DNA of 64,000 nucleotides from Eledone cirrhosa (taxonomy: Eukaryota). A program made the translations under genes and the position numbers. Shown here piece after piece: positions 1 to 15,000 of this stretch. Below the pieces are notes generated by a model. The model saw only the letters and a program-made list of their open reading frames with translations. It was not told the origin of the DNA and searched no databases. Numbering within the stretch: the stretch's first letter is position 1; each line of letters starts with the position of its first letter. The DNA is taken from the NCBI GenBank assembly GCA_964016885.1, contig OZ024746.1:52328001-52392000 (forward strand), read 5' to 3'.

Positions 1-3000
1 ATGTTATACTTTGTATGGAGTAGTGTATGGTATAGAATGGTGTATATAGGTGTGTGTTGTATGGAATTCCATGTATTGGGTATGTTATACTTAGTATGGA
101 GTAGTTTATGGCATAGACTGGTGTATATAGGTGTGTGTTGTATGGTATGGAATGCTATGTATTGGGTATGTTATACTTTGTATGGAGTAGTGTATGGTAT
201 AGAATGGTGTATATAGGTGTGTGTTGTATGGTATGGAATTCTATGTATTGGGTATGTTATACTTAGTATGGAGTAGTGTATGGTATAGAATGGTGTATAT
301 AGGTGTGTGTTGTATGGTATGGAATTCTCTGTATTGATTATGTTAAATTTAGTATGGAGTAGTGTATGGCATAGAATGGTGTATATAGGTGTGTGTTGTA
401 TGGTATGGAATTATATGTATTGGGTATGTTATACTTAGTATGGAGTAGTGTATGCCATAGACTGGTGTATATAGGTGTGTGTTGTATGGTATGGAATTCT
501 ATGTATTCGGTATGTTATACTTAGTAAGGAGTAGCGTATGGTATAGTATGGTGTATATAGGTGTGTCTTGTATGGTATGGAATTCTATGTATTGGGTATG
601 TTATACTTAGTATGGAGTAGTGTATGCCATAGACTGGTGTATATAGGTGTGTGTTGTATGGTATGGAATTCTATGAATTGGGTATGTTATATTTAGTATG
701 GAGTAGTGTATGGTATAGCATGGTGTATATAGGTGTGTGTTGTATGGCATGGAATTCTATACATTGGGTATGTTATATTTAGTATGGAGTAGTGTATGGC
801 ATAGACTGGTGTATATAGGTGTGTGTTGTATGGTATGGAATGCTATGTATTGGGTATGTTATACTTTGTATGGAGTAGTGTATGGTATAGTATGGTGTAT
901 ATAGGTGTGTGTTGTATGGAATTCTATGTATTGGGTATGTTATACTTAGTATGGAGTAGTTTATTGTATATAATGGTGTATATAGGTGTGTGTTGTATGG
1001 TATGGAATTCTATGTATTGATTATGTTAAACTTAGTATGGAGTAGTGTATGGCATAGAATGGTGTATATAGGTGTGTGTTGTATGGTATGGAATTCTATG
1101 TATTCGGTATGTTATACTTAGTATGGAGTAGTGTATGGGATAGTATGGTGTATATAGGTGTGTCTTGTATGGTAAGGAATTCTATGTATTAGGTATGTTA
1201 TACTTTGAATAGAGTAGTGTATGGTATAGAATGGTGTATATAGGTGTGTGTTGAATGGTAGGGAATTATATGTATTGGGTATGTTATACTTAATATGGAG
1301 TAGTGTATGGTATAGAATGGTGTATATAGGTGTGTGTTGTACGGTATGGAATTCTATGTATTAGGTATGTTATACTGAGTATGGAGTAGTGTATGGTATA
1401 GAATGGTGTATATAGGTGTGTGTTGTATGGTATGGAATTCTATGAATTGGGTATGTTATATTTAGTATGGAGTAATGTATGGTATAGAATGGTGTATATA
1501 GGTGTGTGTTGTATGGTATTGAATTCTATGTATTGAGTATGTTATATTTAGTATGGAGTAGTGTATGGCATAGACTGGTGTATATAGGTGTGTGTTGTAT
1601 GGTATGGAATGCTATGTATTGGGTATGTTATACTTTGTATGGAGTAGTGTATGGTATAGAATGGTGTATATAGGTGTGTGTTGTATGGTATGGAATTCTA
1701 TGTATTGGGTATGTTATACTTAGTATGGAGTAGTGTATGGTATAGAATGGTGTATATAGGTGTGTGTTGTATGGTATGGAATGCTATGTATTGGGTATGT
1801 TATACTGAGTTTGGAGTAGTGTATGGTATAGAATGGTGTATATAGGTGTGTGTTGTATGGTATGGAATTCTATGAATTGGGTATGTTATATTTAGTATGG
1901 AGTAGTGTATGGTATAGACTGGTGTATATAGGTGTGTTGTATGCTCTGGAATTCTATGTATTGGGTATGTTATACTTAGTATGGAGTAGTGTATGGTATA
2001 GAATGGTGTATATAGGTGTGTGTTGTATGGTATGGAATTCTATGTATTGGGTATGTTATATTTAGTATGGAGTAGTGTATGGTATAGAATGGTGTATATA
2101 GGTGTGTGTTGTATGGTATGGAATTCAATGTATTGGGTGTGTTATACTTAGTATGGAGTAGTGTATGGCATAGACTGTTGTATATAGGTGTGTGTTGTAT
2201 GGTATTGAATTCTATGTATGGTGTATGTTATACTTAATATGGAGTAGTGTATGGTATAGAATGGTGTATATAGGTGTGTGTTGTATGGTATGGAATTCTA
2301 TGAATTGGGTAAGTTATATTTAGTATGGAGTAGTGTATGGTATAGCATGGTGTATATAGCTGTGTGTTGTATGGTATGGAATTCTATATATTGGGTATGT
2401 TATATTTAGTATGGAGTAGTGTATGGCATAGACTGGTGTATATAGGTGTGTGTTGTATGGTATCGAATGCTATGTATTGGGTATGTTATACTTTGTATGG
2501 AGTAGTGTATGGTATAGTATGGTGTATATAGGTGTGTGTTGTATGGAATTCTATGTATTGGGTATGTTATACTTAGTAAGGAGTATTTTCTGGTATATAA
2601 TGGTGTATATAGGTGTGTGTTGTTTGGTATGGAATTCTATGTATTGATTATGTTAAACTTAGTATGGAGTAGTGTATGGCATATAATGGTGTATATAGGT
2701 GTGTCTTGTATGGTATGGAATTCTATATTTTCGGTATGTTATACTTAGTATGGAGTAGTGTATGGTATAGTATGGTGTATATAGGTGTGTCTTGTATGGT
2801 AAGGAATTCTATGTATTAGGTATGTTATACTTTGAATAGAGTAGTGTATGGTATAGAATTGTGTATATAGGTGTGTGTTGAATGGTAGGGAATTATATGT
2901 ATTGGGTATGTTATACTTAATATGGAGTAGTGTATGGTATAGAATGGTGTATATAGGTGTGTGTTGTACGGTATAGAATTCTATGTATTAGGTATGTTAT

Positions 3001-6000
3001 ACTGAGTATGGAGTAGTGTATGGTATAGAATGGTGTATATAGGTGTGTGTTGTATGGTATGGAATTCTATGAATTGGGTATGTTATATTTAGTATGGAGT
3101 AATGTATGGTATAGAATGGTGTATATAGGTGTGTGTTGTATGGTATGGAATTCTATGTATTGGGTATGTTATATTTAGTATGGAGTAATGTATGGCATAG
3201 ACTGGTGTATATAGGTGTATGTTGTATGGTATGGAATGCTATGTATTGGGTATGTTATACTTTGTATGGAGTAGTGTATGGTATAGAATGGTGTATATAG
3301 GTGTGTGTTGTATGGTATGGAATTCTATGTATTGGGTATGTTATACTTAGTATGGAGTAGTGTATGGTATAGAATGGTGTATATAGGTGTGTGTTGTATG
3401 GTATGGAATTCTATATATTGGGTATGTTATCATTAATATGGAGTAGTGTATGGTATAGAATGGTGTATAAAGCAGTGTGTTGTATGGTATGGAATTCTAT
3501 GTATTAGTTATGTTATACTTTGAATAGAGTAGTGTATGACATAGTATGGTATATATAGATGTGTGTTGTACGGTATGGAATTCTATGTATTGGGTATGTT
3601 ATACTTAGTATGGAGTAGTGTATGGGATAGTATGGTGTATATAGGTGTGTCTTGTATGGTAAGGAATTCTATGTATTAGGTATGTTATACTTTGAATAGA
3701 GTAGTGTATGGTATAGAATGGTGTATATAGGTGTGTGTTGAATGGTAGGGAATTATATGTATTGGGTATGTTATACTTAATATGGAGTAGTGTATGGTAT
3801 AGAATGGTGTATATAGGTGTGTGTTGTACGGTATGGAATTCTATGTATTAGGTATGTTATACTGAGTATGGAGTAGTGTATGGTATAGAATGGTGTATAT
3901 AGGTGTGTGTTGTATGGTATGGAATTCTATGAATTGTGTATGTTATATTTAGTATGGAGTAGTGTATGGCATAGACTGGTTTATATAGGTGTGTGTTGTA
4001 TGGTATGGAATGCTATGTATTGGGTATGTTATACTTTGTATGGAGTAGTGTATGGTATAGAATGGTGTATATAGGTGTGTGTTGTATGGTATGGAATTCT
4101 ATGTATTGGGTATGTTATACTTAGTATGGAGTAGTGTATGGTATAGAATGGTGTATATAGGTGTATGTTGTATGGTAGGGAATGCTATGTATTGGGTATG
4201 TTATACTTTGTATCGAGTAGTGTATGGTATAGTATGGTGTATATAGGTGTGTGTTGTATGGAATTCTATGTATTGGGTATGTTATACTTAGTATGGAGTA
4301 GTTTATGGTATAGAATGGTGTATATAGGTGTGTGTTGTATGGTATGGAATGCTATGTATTGGGTATGTTATACTTTGTATGGAGTAGTGTATGGTATAGA
4401 ATGGTGTATATAGGTGTGTGTTGTATGGAATTCCATGTATTGGGTATGTTATACTTAGTATGGAGTAGTTTATGGCATAGACTGGTGTATATAGGTGTGT
4501 GTTGTATGGTATGGAATGCTATGTATTGGGTATGTTATACTTTGTATGGAGTAGTGTATGGTATAGAATGGTGTATATAGGTATGTGTTGTATGGTATGG
4601 AATTCTATGTATTGGGTATGTTATACTTAGTATGGAGTAGTGTATGGTATAGAATGGTGTATATAGGTGTGTGTTGTATGGTATGGAATTCTCTGTATTG
4701 ATTATGTTAAATTTAGTATGGAGTAGTGTATGGCATAGAATGGTGTATATAGGTGTGTGTTGTATGGTATGGAATTCTATGTATTGGGTATGTTATACTT
4801 AGTATGGAGTAGTGTATGCCATAGACTGGTGTATATAGGTGTGTGTTGTATGGTATGGAATTCTATGAATTGGGTATGTTATATTTAGTATGGAGTAATG
4901 TATGGTATAGAATGGTGTATATAGGTGTGTCTTGTATGGTATGGAATTCTATGTATTGGGTATGTTATATTTAGTATGGAGTAGTGTATGGCATAGACTG
5001 GTGTATGTAGGTGTGTGTTGTATGGTATGGAATGCTATGTATTGGGTATGTTATACTTTGTATGGAGTAGTGTATGGTATAGAATGGTGTATAAAGGTGT
5101 ATGTTGTATGGTATGGAATTCTATGTATTGGGTATGTTATACTTAGTATGGAGTAGTGTATGGTATAGAATGGTGTATATAGGTGTGTGTTGTATGGTAT
5201 GGAATTCTATATATTGGGTATGTTATCCTTAATATGGAGTAGTGTATGGTATAGAATGGTGTATAAAGGAGTGTGTTGTATGGTATGGAATTCTATGTAT
5301 TAGATATGTTATATTTTGAATAGAGTAGTGTATGATATAGTATGGTATATATAGATGTGTGTTGTATGGTATGGAATTCTATGTATTGGGTATGTTATAT
5401 TTTTTATGGAGTAGTGTATGGCATAGACTGGTGTATATAGGTGTGTGTTGTATGGTATGGAATTCTATGTATTGGGTATGTTATACTTTTTATGGAGTAG
5501 TGTATGTTATAGAATGGTGTATATAGGTGTGTGTTGTATGGTATGGAATTCTATCTATTGGGTATGTTATACTTAATATGGAGTAGTGTATGGTTTAGAA
5601 TGGTGTATATAGGTGTGTGTTGTACGGTATGGAATTCTATGTATTAGGTATGTTATAGTGAGTATGGAGTAGTGTATGGTATAGAATGGTGTATATAGGT
5701 GTGTGTTGTATGGTATGAAATTCTATGTATTGGGTATGTTATATTTAGTATGGAGTAACGTATGGTATAGAATGGTGTATATAGGTGTGTGTTGTATGGT
5801 ATGGAATTCTATGTATTGGGTATGTTATACTTAGTATGGAGTAGTGTATGCCATAGACTGGTTTATATAGGTGTGTGTTGTATGGTATGGAATTCTATGA
5901 AATGGGTATGTTATATATAGTATGGAGTAATGTATGGTATAGAATGGTGTATATAGGTGTGTGTTGTATGGTATGGAATTCTATGTATTGGGTATGTTAT

Positions 6001-9000
6001 ATTTAGTATGGAGTAGTGTATGGCATAGACTGGTGTATATAGGTGTGTGTTGTATGGTATGGAATGCTATGTATTGGGTATGTTATACTTTGTATGGAGT
6101 AGTGTATGGTATAGAATGGTGTATAAAGGTGTATGTTGTATGGTATGGAATTCTATGTATTGGTTATGTTATACTTAGTATGGAGTAGTGTATGGTATAG
6201 AATGGTGTATATAGGTGTGTGTTGTATGGTATGGAATGCTATGTATAGGGTATGTTATGCTTTGTATGAAGTAGTGTATGGTATAGTATGGTGTATATAG
6301 GTGTGTGTTGTATGGAATTCTATGTATTGGGTATGTTATACTGAGTATGGAGTAGTGTATGGTATAGAATGGTGTATATATGTGTGTGTTGCATGATATG
6401 GAATTCTGTGTATAGGGTATGTTATACTTAGTATGGAGTAGTGTATGGCATAGACTGCTGTATATAGGTGTGTGTTGTATGGTATGGAATTCTATGTATT
6501 GGGTATGTTATACTTAGTATGGAGTAGTGTATGCCATAGACTGGTTTATATAGGTGTGTGTTGTATGGTATGGAATTCTATGAATTGGGTATGTTATATT
6601 TAGTATGGAGTAATGTATGGTGTAGAACGGTGTATATAGGTGTGTGTTATATGGTATGGAATTCTATGTATTAGCTATGTTATACTGAGTATGGAGTAGT
6701 GTATGGTATAGAATGGTGTATATAGGTGTGTGTTGTATGGTATGGAATTCTATGAATTGGGTATGTTATATTTAGTATGGAGTAGTGTATGGTATAGACT
6801 GGTGTATATAGGTGTGCATTGTAAGGTATGGAATTCTATGTATTGGTTATGTTATACTTAGTATGGAGTAGTGTATGGTATATAATGGTGTATATAGGTG
6901 TGTGTTGTATGGTAAGGAATTCTATGTATTAGGTATGTTATACTTTGAATAGAGTAGTGTATGGTATAGAATGGTGTATATAGGTGTGTGTTGTATGGTA
7001 TGGAATTATATGTATTGGGTATGTTATACTTAATATGGAGTAGTGTATGGTATAGAATGGTGTATATAGGTGTGTGTTGTATGGTATGGAATTCTATGTA
7101 TTAGGTATATTATACTGAGTATGGAATAGTGTATGGTATAGATTGGTGTATATAGGTGTGTGTTGTATGGTATGGAATTCTATGTATTGGGTATGTTATA
7201 CTTAGTATGGTGTAGTGTATGGTATAGAATAGTGTATATAGGTGTGTGTTGTATGGTATGGAATTCTATGTATTGGGTATGTTATACTTAGTATGGAGTA
7301 GTGTATGGTATAGAATGGTATATATAGATGTGTGTTGTATGGTATGGAATTCTATGTATTGGATATGTTATATTTAGTATGGAGTAGTGTATGGTATAGA
7401 ATGGTGTATATAGGTGTGTGTTGTATGGTATGGAATTCTATGTATTGGGTATGTTATACTTAGTATGGAGTAGTGTATGGCATAGACTGGTGTATATAGG
7501 TCTGTATTGTATGGTATGGAATTCTATGTATTGGGTATGTTATACTTTGTATGGAGTAGTGTATGTTATAGAATGGTGTATATAGGTGTGTGTTGTATGA
7601 TATCGAATTCTATGTATTGGGTATGTTATACTTTGTATGGAGTAGTGTATGGTATAGAATGGTGTATATAGGTGTGTGTTGTATGGTATGGAATTCTATG
7701 TATTGGGTATGTTATACTCAGTATGGAGTAGTGTATGGTATAGAATGGTGTATATATGTGAGTGTTGTATGGTATGAATTCTATGTATTATGTATGTTAT
7801 ACTGAGTATGGAGTATTGTATGGTATAAAATGGTGTATATAGGTGTGTGTTGTATGGTATGGAATTCTATGAATTGGGTATGTTATATTTAGTATGGAGT
7901 AGTGCATGGTATAGACTGGTGTATATAGGTGTGTGTTGTATGGTATGGAATTCTATGTATTGGGTATGTTATACTTAGTAAGGAGTAGTGTATGGTATAG
8001 AATGGTGTATATAGGTGTGTGTTGTATGGTAAGGAATTTTATGTATTAGGTATGTTATACTTTGAATAGAGTAGTGTATGGTATAGAATGGTGTATATAG
8101 GTGTGTTGTATGGCATGGAATTCTATGTATTGGGTATGTTATATTTAGTATGGTGTAATGTATGGTATAGAATGGTGTATATAGGTGTATGTTGTATGGT
8201 ATGGAATGCTATGTATTGGGTATGTTATACTTTGTATGGAGTAGTGTATGGTATAGAATGGTGTATATAGCTGTGTGTTGTATGGTATGGAATTCTATGT
8301 ATTGGGTATGTTATACTTAGTATGGAGTAGTGTATGGTATAGAATGGTGTATATAGGTTGTTGTGGTATGGTATGGAATTCTATATATTGGGTATGTTAT
8401 CATTAATATGGAGTAGTGTATGGTATAGAATGGTGTATAAAGCAGTGTGTTGTATGGTATGGAATTCTATGTATTAGGTATGTTATACTTTGAATAGAGT
8501 AGTGTATGACATAGTATGGTATATATAGATGTGTGTTGTACGGTATGGAATTCTATGTATTGGGTATGTTATATTTAGTATGGAGTAGTGTATGGTATAG
8601 AATGGTGTATATAGGTGTGTGTTGTATGGTATGGAATTCTATGTATTGGTTATGTTATACTTAGTATGGAGTAGTGTATGGTATAGACTGGTGTATATAC
8701 GTGTGTGTTGTATGGTATGGAATTCTATGTATTGGGTATGTTATACTTAGTATGGAGTAGTGTATGGTATAGAATGCTGTATATAGGTGTGTGTCGTATG
8801 GTATGGAATTCTATGTATTAGGTATGTTATACTGAGTATGGAGTAGTGTATGTTATAGAATGGTGTATATAGGTGTGTGTTGTATGGTATGTAATTCTAT
8901 GAATTGGGTATGTTATATTTAGTATGGAGTAGTGTATGGTATATAACGGTGTATATAGGTGTGTGTTGTATGGTATGGAATTCTATGTATTGGTTATGTT

Positions 9001-12000
9001 ATATTTATTATGGAGTAGTGTATGGCATAGACTGTTGTATATAGGTGTGTGTTGTATGGCATGGAATGCTATGTATTGGGTATGTTATACTTTGTATGGA
9101 GTAGTGTATGGTATAGAATGGTGTATATAGGTGTGTGTTGTATGGTATTGAATTCTATGTATGGTGTATGTTATACTTAATATGGAGTAGTGTATGGTAT
9201 AGAATGGTGTATATAGGTGTGTGTTGTATGGTATGGAATTCTATGAATTGGGTATGTTATATTTAGTATGGAGTAGTGTATGGTATAGCATGGTGTATAT
9301 AGGTGTGTGTTGTATGGCATGGAATTCTATATATTGGGTATGTTATATTTAGTATGGAGTAGTGTATGGCACAGACTGGTGTATATAGGTGTGTGTTGTA
9401 TGGTATGGAATGCTATGTATTGGGTATGTTATACTTTGTATGGAGTAGTGTATGGTATAGTATGGTGTATATAGGTGTGTGTTGTATGGAATTCTATGTA
9501 TTGGGTATGTTATACTTAGTATGGAGTAGTTTATTCTATATAATGGTGTATATAGGTGTGTGTTGTATGGTATGGAATTCTATGTATTGATTATGTTAAA
9601 CTTAGTATGGAGTAGTGTATGGCATAGAATGGTGTATATAGGTGTGTGTTGTATGGTATGGAATTTTATGTATTCGGTATGTTATACTTAGTATGGAGTA
9701 GTGTATGGGATAGTATGGTGTATATAGGTGTGTCTTGTATGGTAAGGAATTCTATGTATTAGGTATGTTATACTTTGAATAGAGTAGTGTATGGTATAGA
9801 ATGGTGTATATAGGTGTGTGTTGAATGGTAGGGAATTATATGTATTGGGTATGTTATACTTAATATGGAGTAGTGTATGGTATAGAATGGTGTATATAGG
9901 TGTGTGTTGTACGGTATGGAATTCTATGTATTAGGTATGTTATACTGAGTATGGAGTAGTGTATGGTATAGAATGGTGTATATAGGTGTGTGTTGTATGG
10001 TATGGAATTCTATGAATTGGGTATGTTATATTTAGTATGGAGTAATGTATGGTATAGAATGGTGTATATAGGTGTGTGTTGTATGGTATTGAATTCTATG
10101 TATTGAGTATGTTATATTTAGTATGGAGTAGTGTATGGCATAGACTGGTGTATATAGGTGTGTGTTGTATGGTATGGAATGCTATGTATTGGGTATGTTA
10201 TACTTTGTATGGAGTAGTGTATGGTATAGAATGGTGTATATAGGTGTGTGTTGTATGGTATGGAATTCTATGTATTGGGTATGTTATACTTAGTATGGAG
10301 TAGTGTATGGTATAGAATGGTGTATATAGGTGTGTGTTGTATGGTATGGAATGCTATGTATTGGGTATGTTATACTGAGTTTGGAGTAGTGTATGGTATA
10401 GAATGGTGTATATAGGTGTGTGTTGTATGGTATGGAATTCTATGAATTGGGTATGTTCTATTTAGTATGGAGTAGTGTATGGTATAGACTGGTGTATATA
10501 GGTGTGTTGTATGCTCTGGAATTCTATGTATTGGGTATGTTATACTTAGTATGGAGTAGTGTATGGTATAGAATGGTGTATATAGGTGTATGTTGTATGG
10601 TATGGAATTCTATGTATTGGGTATGTTATATTTAGTATGGAGTAGTGTATGGTATAGAATGGTGTATATAGGTGTGTGTTGTATGGTATGGAATTCAATG
10701 TATTGGGTGTGTTATACTTAGTATGGAGTAGTGTATGGCATAGACTGTTGTATATAGGTGTCTGTTGTATGGTATGGAATGCTATGTATTGGGTATGTTA
10801 TACTTTGTATGGAGTAGTGTATGGTATAGAATGGTGTATATAGGTGTGTGTTGTATGGTATTGAATTCTATGTATGGTGTATGTTATACTTAATATGGAG
10901 TAGTGTATGGTATAGAATGGTATATATAGGTGTGTGTTGTATGGTATGGAATTCTATGAATTGGGTATGTTATATTTAGTATGGAGTAGTGTATGGTATA
11001 GCATGGTGTATATAGCTGTGTGTTGTATGGTATGGAATTCTATATATTGGGTATGTTATATTTAGTATGGAGTAGTGTATGGCATAGACTGGTGTATATA
11101 GGTGTGTGTTGTATGGTATCGAATGCTATGTATTGGGTATGTTATACTTTGTATGGAGTAGTGTATGGTATAGTATGATGTATATAGGTGTGTGTTGTAT
11201 GGAATTCTATGTATTGGGTATGTTATACTTAGTATGGAGTATTTTCAGGTATATAATGGTGTATATAGGTGTGTGTTGTATGGTATGGAATTCTATGTAT
11301 TGATTATGTTAAACTTAGTATGGAGTAGTGTATGGCATAGAATGGTGTATATAGGTGTGTCTTGTATGGTATGGAATTCTATATTTTCGGTATGTTATAC
11401 TTAGTATGGAGTAGTGTATGGTATAGTATGGTGAATATAGGTGTGTCTTGTATGGTAAGGAATTCTATGTATTAGGTATGTTATACTTTGAATAGAGTAG
11501 TGTATGGTATAGAATGGTGTATATAGGTGTGTGTTGAACGGTAGGGAATTATATGTATTGGGTATGTTATACTTAATATGGAGTAGTGTATGGTATAGAA
11601 TGGTGTATATAGGTGTGTGTTGTACGGTATGGAATTCTATGTATTAGGTATGTTATACTGAGTATGGAGTAGTGTATGGTATAGAATGGTGTATATAGGT
11701 GTGTGTTGTATGGTATGGAATTCTATGAATTGGGTATGTTATATTTAGTATGGTGTAATGTATGGTATAGAATGGTGTATATAGGTGTGTGTTGTATGGT
11801 ATGGAATTCTATGTATTGGGTATGTTATATTTAGTATGGAGTAATGTATGGCATAGACTGGTGTATATAGGTGTATGTTGTATGGTATGGAATGCTATGT
11901 ATTGGGTATGTTATACTTTGTATGGAGTAGTGTATGGTATAGAATGGTGTATATAGCTGTGTGTTGTATGGTATGGAATTCTATGTATTGGGTATGTTAT

Positions 12001-15000
12001 ACTTAGTATGGAGTAGTGTATGGTATAGAATGGTGTATTTAGGTTGTTGTGGTATGGTATGGAATTCTATATATTGGGTATGTTATCATTAATATGGAGT
12101 AGTGTATGGTATAGAATGGTGTATAAAGCAGTGTGTTGTATGGTATGGAATTCTATGTATTAGGTATGTTATACTTTGAATAGAGTAGTGTATGACATAG
12201 TATGGTATATATAGATGTGTGTTGTACGGTATGGAATTCTATGTATTGGGTATGTTATATTTAGTATGGAGTAGTGTATGGTATAGAATGGTGTATATAG
12301 GTGTGTGTTGTATGGTATGGAATTCTATGTATTGGTTATGTTATACTTAGTATGGAGTAGTGTATGGTATAGACTGGTGTATATACGTGTGTGTTGTATG
12401 GTATGGAATTCTATGTATTGGGTATGTTATACTTAGTATGGAGTAGTGTATGGTATAGAATGCTGTATATAGGTGTGTGTCGTATGGTATGGAATTCTAT
12501 GTATTAGGTATGTTATACTGAGTATGGAGTAGTGTATGTTATAGAATGGTGTATATAGGTGTGTGTTGTATGGTATGTAATTCTATGAATTGGGTATGTT
12601 ATATTTAGTATGGAGTAGTGTATGGTATATAACGGTGTATATAGGTGTGTGTTGTATGGTATGGAATTCTATGTATTGGTTATGTTATATTTATTATGGA
12701 GTAGTGTATGGCATAGACTCGTGTATATAGGTGTGTGTTGTATTGTATGGAATGCTATGTATTGGGTATGTTATACAGTGTATGGAGTAGTGTATGGTAT
12801 AGAATGGTGTATATATGTGTGTGTTGTATGGTATGGAATTCTATGTATTAGGTATGTTATATTGAGTTTGGAGTAGTGTATGGTATAGAATGGTGTATAT
12901 AGGTGTGTGTTGTATGGTATGTAATTCTATGAATTGGGTATGTTATATTTAGTATGGAGTAGTGTATGGTATAGACTGGTGTATATGGGTGTGTTGTATG
13001 CTATGGAATTCTATGTATTGGGTATGTTATACTTAGTATGGAGTAGTGTATGGTATAGAATGGTGTATATAGGTGTGTGTTGTATGGTATGGAATTCTAT
13101 GTATTGGGTATGTTATATTTAGTATGGAGTAGTGTATGGTATAGAATGGTGTATATAGGTGTGTGTTGTAAGGTATGGAATTCTATGTATTGGTTATGTT
13201 ATACTTAGTATGGAGTAGTGTATGGCATAGACTGTTGTATATAGGTGTGTGTTGTATGGCATGGAATGCTATGTATTGGGTATGTTATACTTTGTATGGA
13301 GTAGTGTATGGTATAGAATGGTGTATATAGGTGTGTGTTGTATGGTATTGAATTCTATGTATGGTGTATGTTATACTTAATATGGAGTAGTGTATGGTAT
13401 AGAATGGTGTATATAGGTGTGTGTTGTATGGTATGGAATTCTATGAATTGGGTATGTTATATTTAGTATGGAGTAGTGTATGGTATAGCATGGTGTATAT
13501 AGGTGTGTGTTGTATGGCATGGAATTCTATATATTGGGTATGTTATATTTAGTATGGAGTAGTGTATGGCACAGACTGGTGTATATAGGTGTGTGTTGTA
13601 TGGTATGGAATGCTATGTATTGGGTATGTTATACTTTGTATGGAGTAGTGTATGGTATAGTATGGTGTATATAGGTGTGTGTTGTATGGAATTCTATGTA
13701 TTGGGTATGTTATACTTAGTATGGAGTAGTTTATTGTATATAATGGTGTATATAGGTGTGTGTTGTATGGTATGGAATTCTATGTATTGATTATGTTAAA
13801 CTTAGTATGGAGTAGTGTATGGCATAGAATGGTGTATATAGGTGTGTGTTGTATGGTATGGAATTCTATGTATTCGGTATGTTATACTTAGTATGGAGTA
13901 GTGTATGGGATAGTATGGTGTATATAGGTGTGTCTTGTATGGTAAGGAATTCTATGTATTAGGTATGTTATACTTTGAATAGAGTAGTGTATGGTATAGA
14001 ATGGTGTATATAGGTGTGTGTTGAATGGTAGGGAATTATATGTATTGGGTATGTTATACTTAATATGGAGTAGTGTATGGTATAGAATGGTGTATATAGG
14101 TGTGTGTTGTACGGTATGGAATTCTATGTATTAGGTATGTTATACTGAGTATGGAGTAGTGTATGGTATAGAATGGTGTATATAGGTGTGTGTTGTATGG
14201 TATGGAATTCTATGAATTGGGTATGTTATATTTAGTATGGAGTAATGTATGGTATAGAATGGTGTATATAGGTGTGTGTTGTATGGTATTGAATTCTATG
14301 TATTGAGTATGTTATATTTAGTATGGAGTAGTGTATGGCATAGACTGGTGTATATAGGTGTGTGTTGTATGGTATGGAATGCTATGTATTGGGTATGTTA
14401 TACTTTGTATGGAGTAGTGTATGGTATAGAATGGTGTATATAGGTGTGTGTTGTATGGTATGGAATTCTATGTATTGGGTATGTTATACTTAGTATGGAG
14501 TAGTGTATGGTATAGAATGGTGTATATAGGTGTGTGTTGTATGGTATGGAATGCTATGTATTGGGTATGTTATACTGAGTTTGGAGTAGTGTATGGTATA
14601 GAATGGTGTATATAGGTGTGTGTTGTATGGTATGGAATTCTATGAATTGGGTATGTTATATTTAGTATGGAGTAGTGTATGGTATAGACTGGTGTATATA
14701 GGTGTGTTGTATGCTCTGGAATTCTATGTATTGGGTATGTTATACTTAGTATGGAGTAGTGTATGGTATAGAATGGTGTATATAGGTGTGTGTTGTATGG
14801 TATGGAATTCTATGTATTGGGTATGTTATATTTAGTATGGAGTAGTGTATGGTATAGAATGGTGTATATAGGTGTGTGTTGTATGGTATGGAATTCAATG
14901 TATTGGGTGTGTTATACTTAGTATGGAGTAGTGTATGGCATAGACTGTTGTATATAGGTGTCTGTTGTATGGTATGGAATGCTATGTATTGGGTATGTTA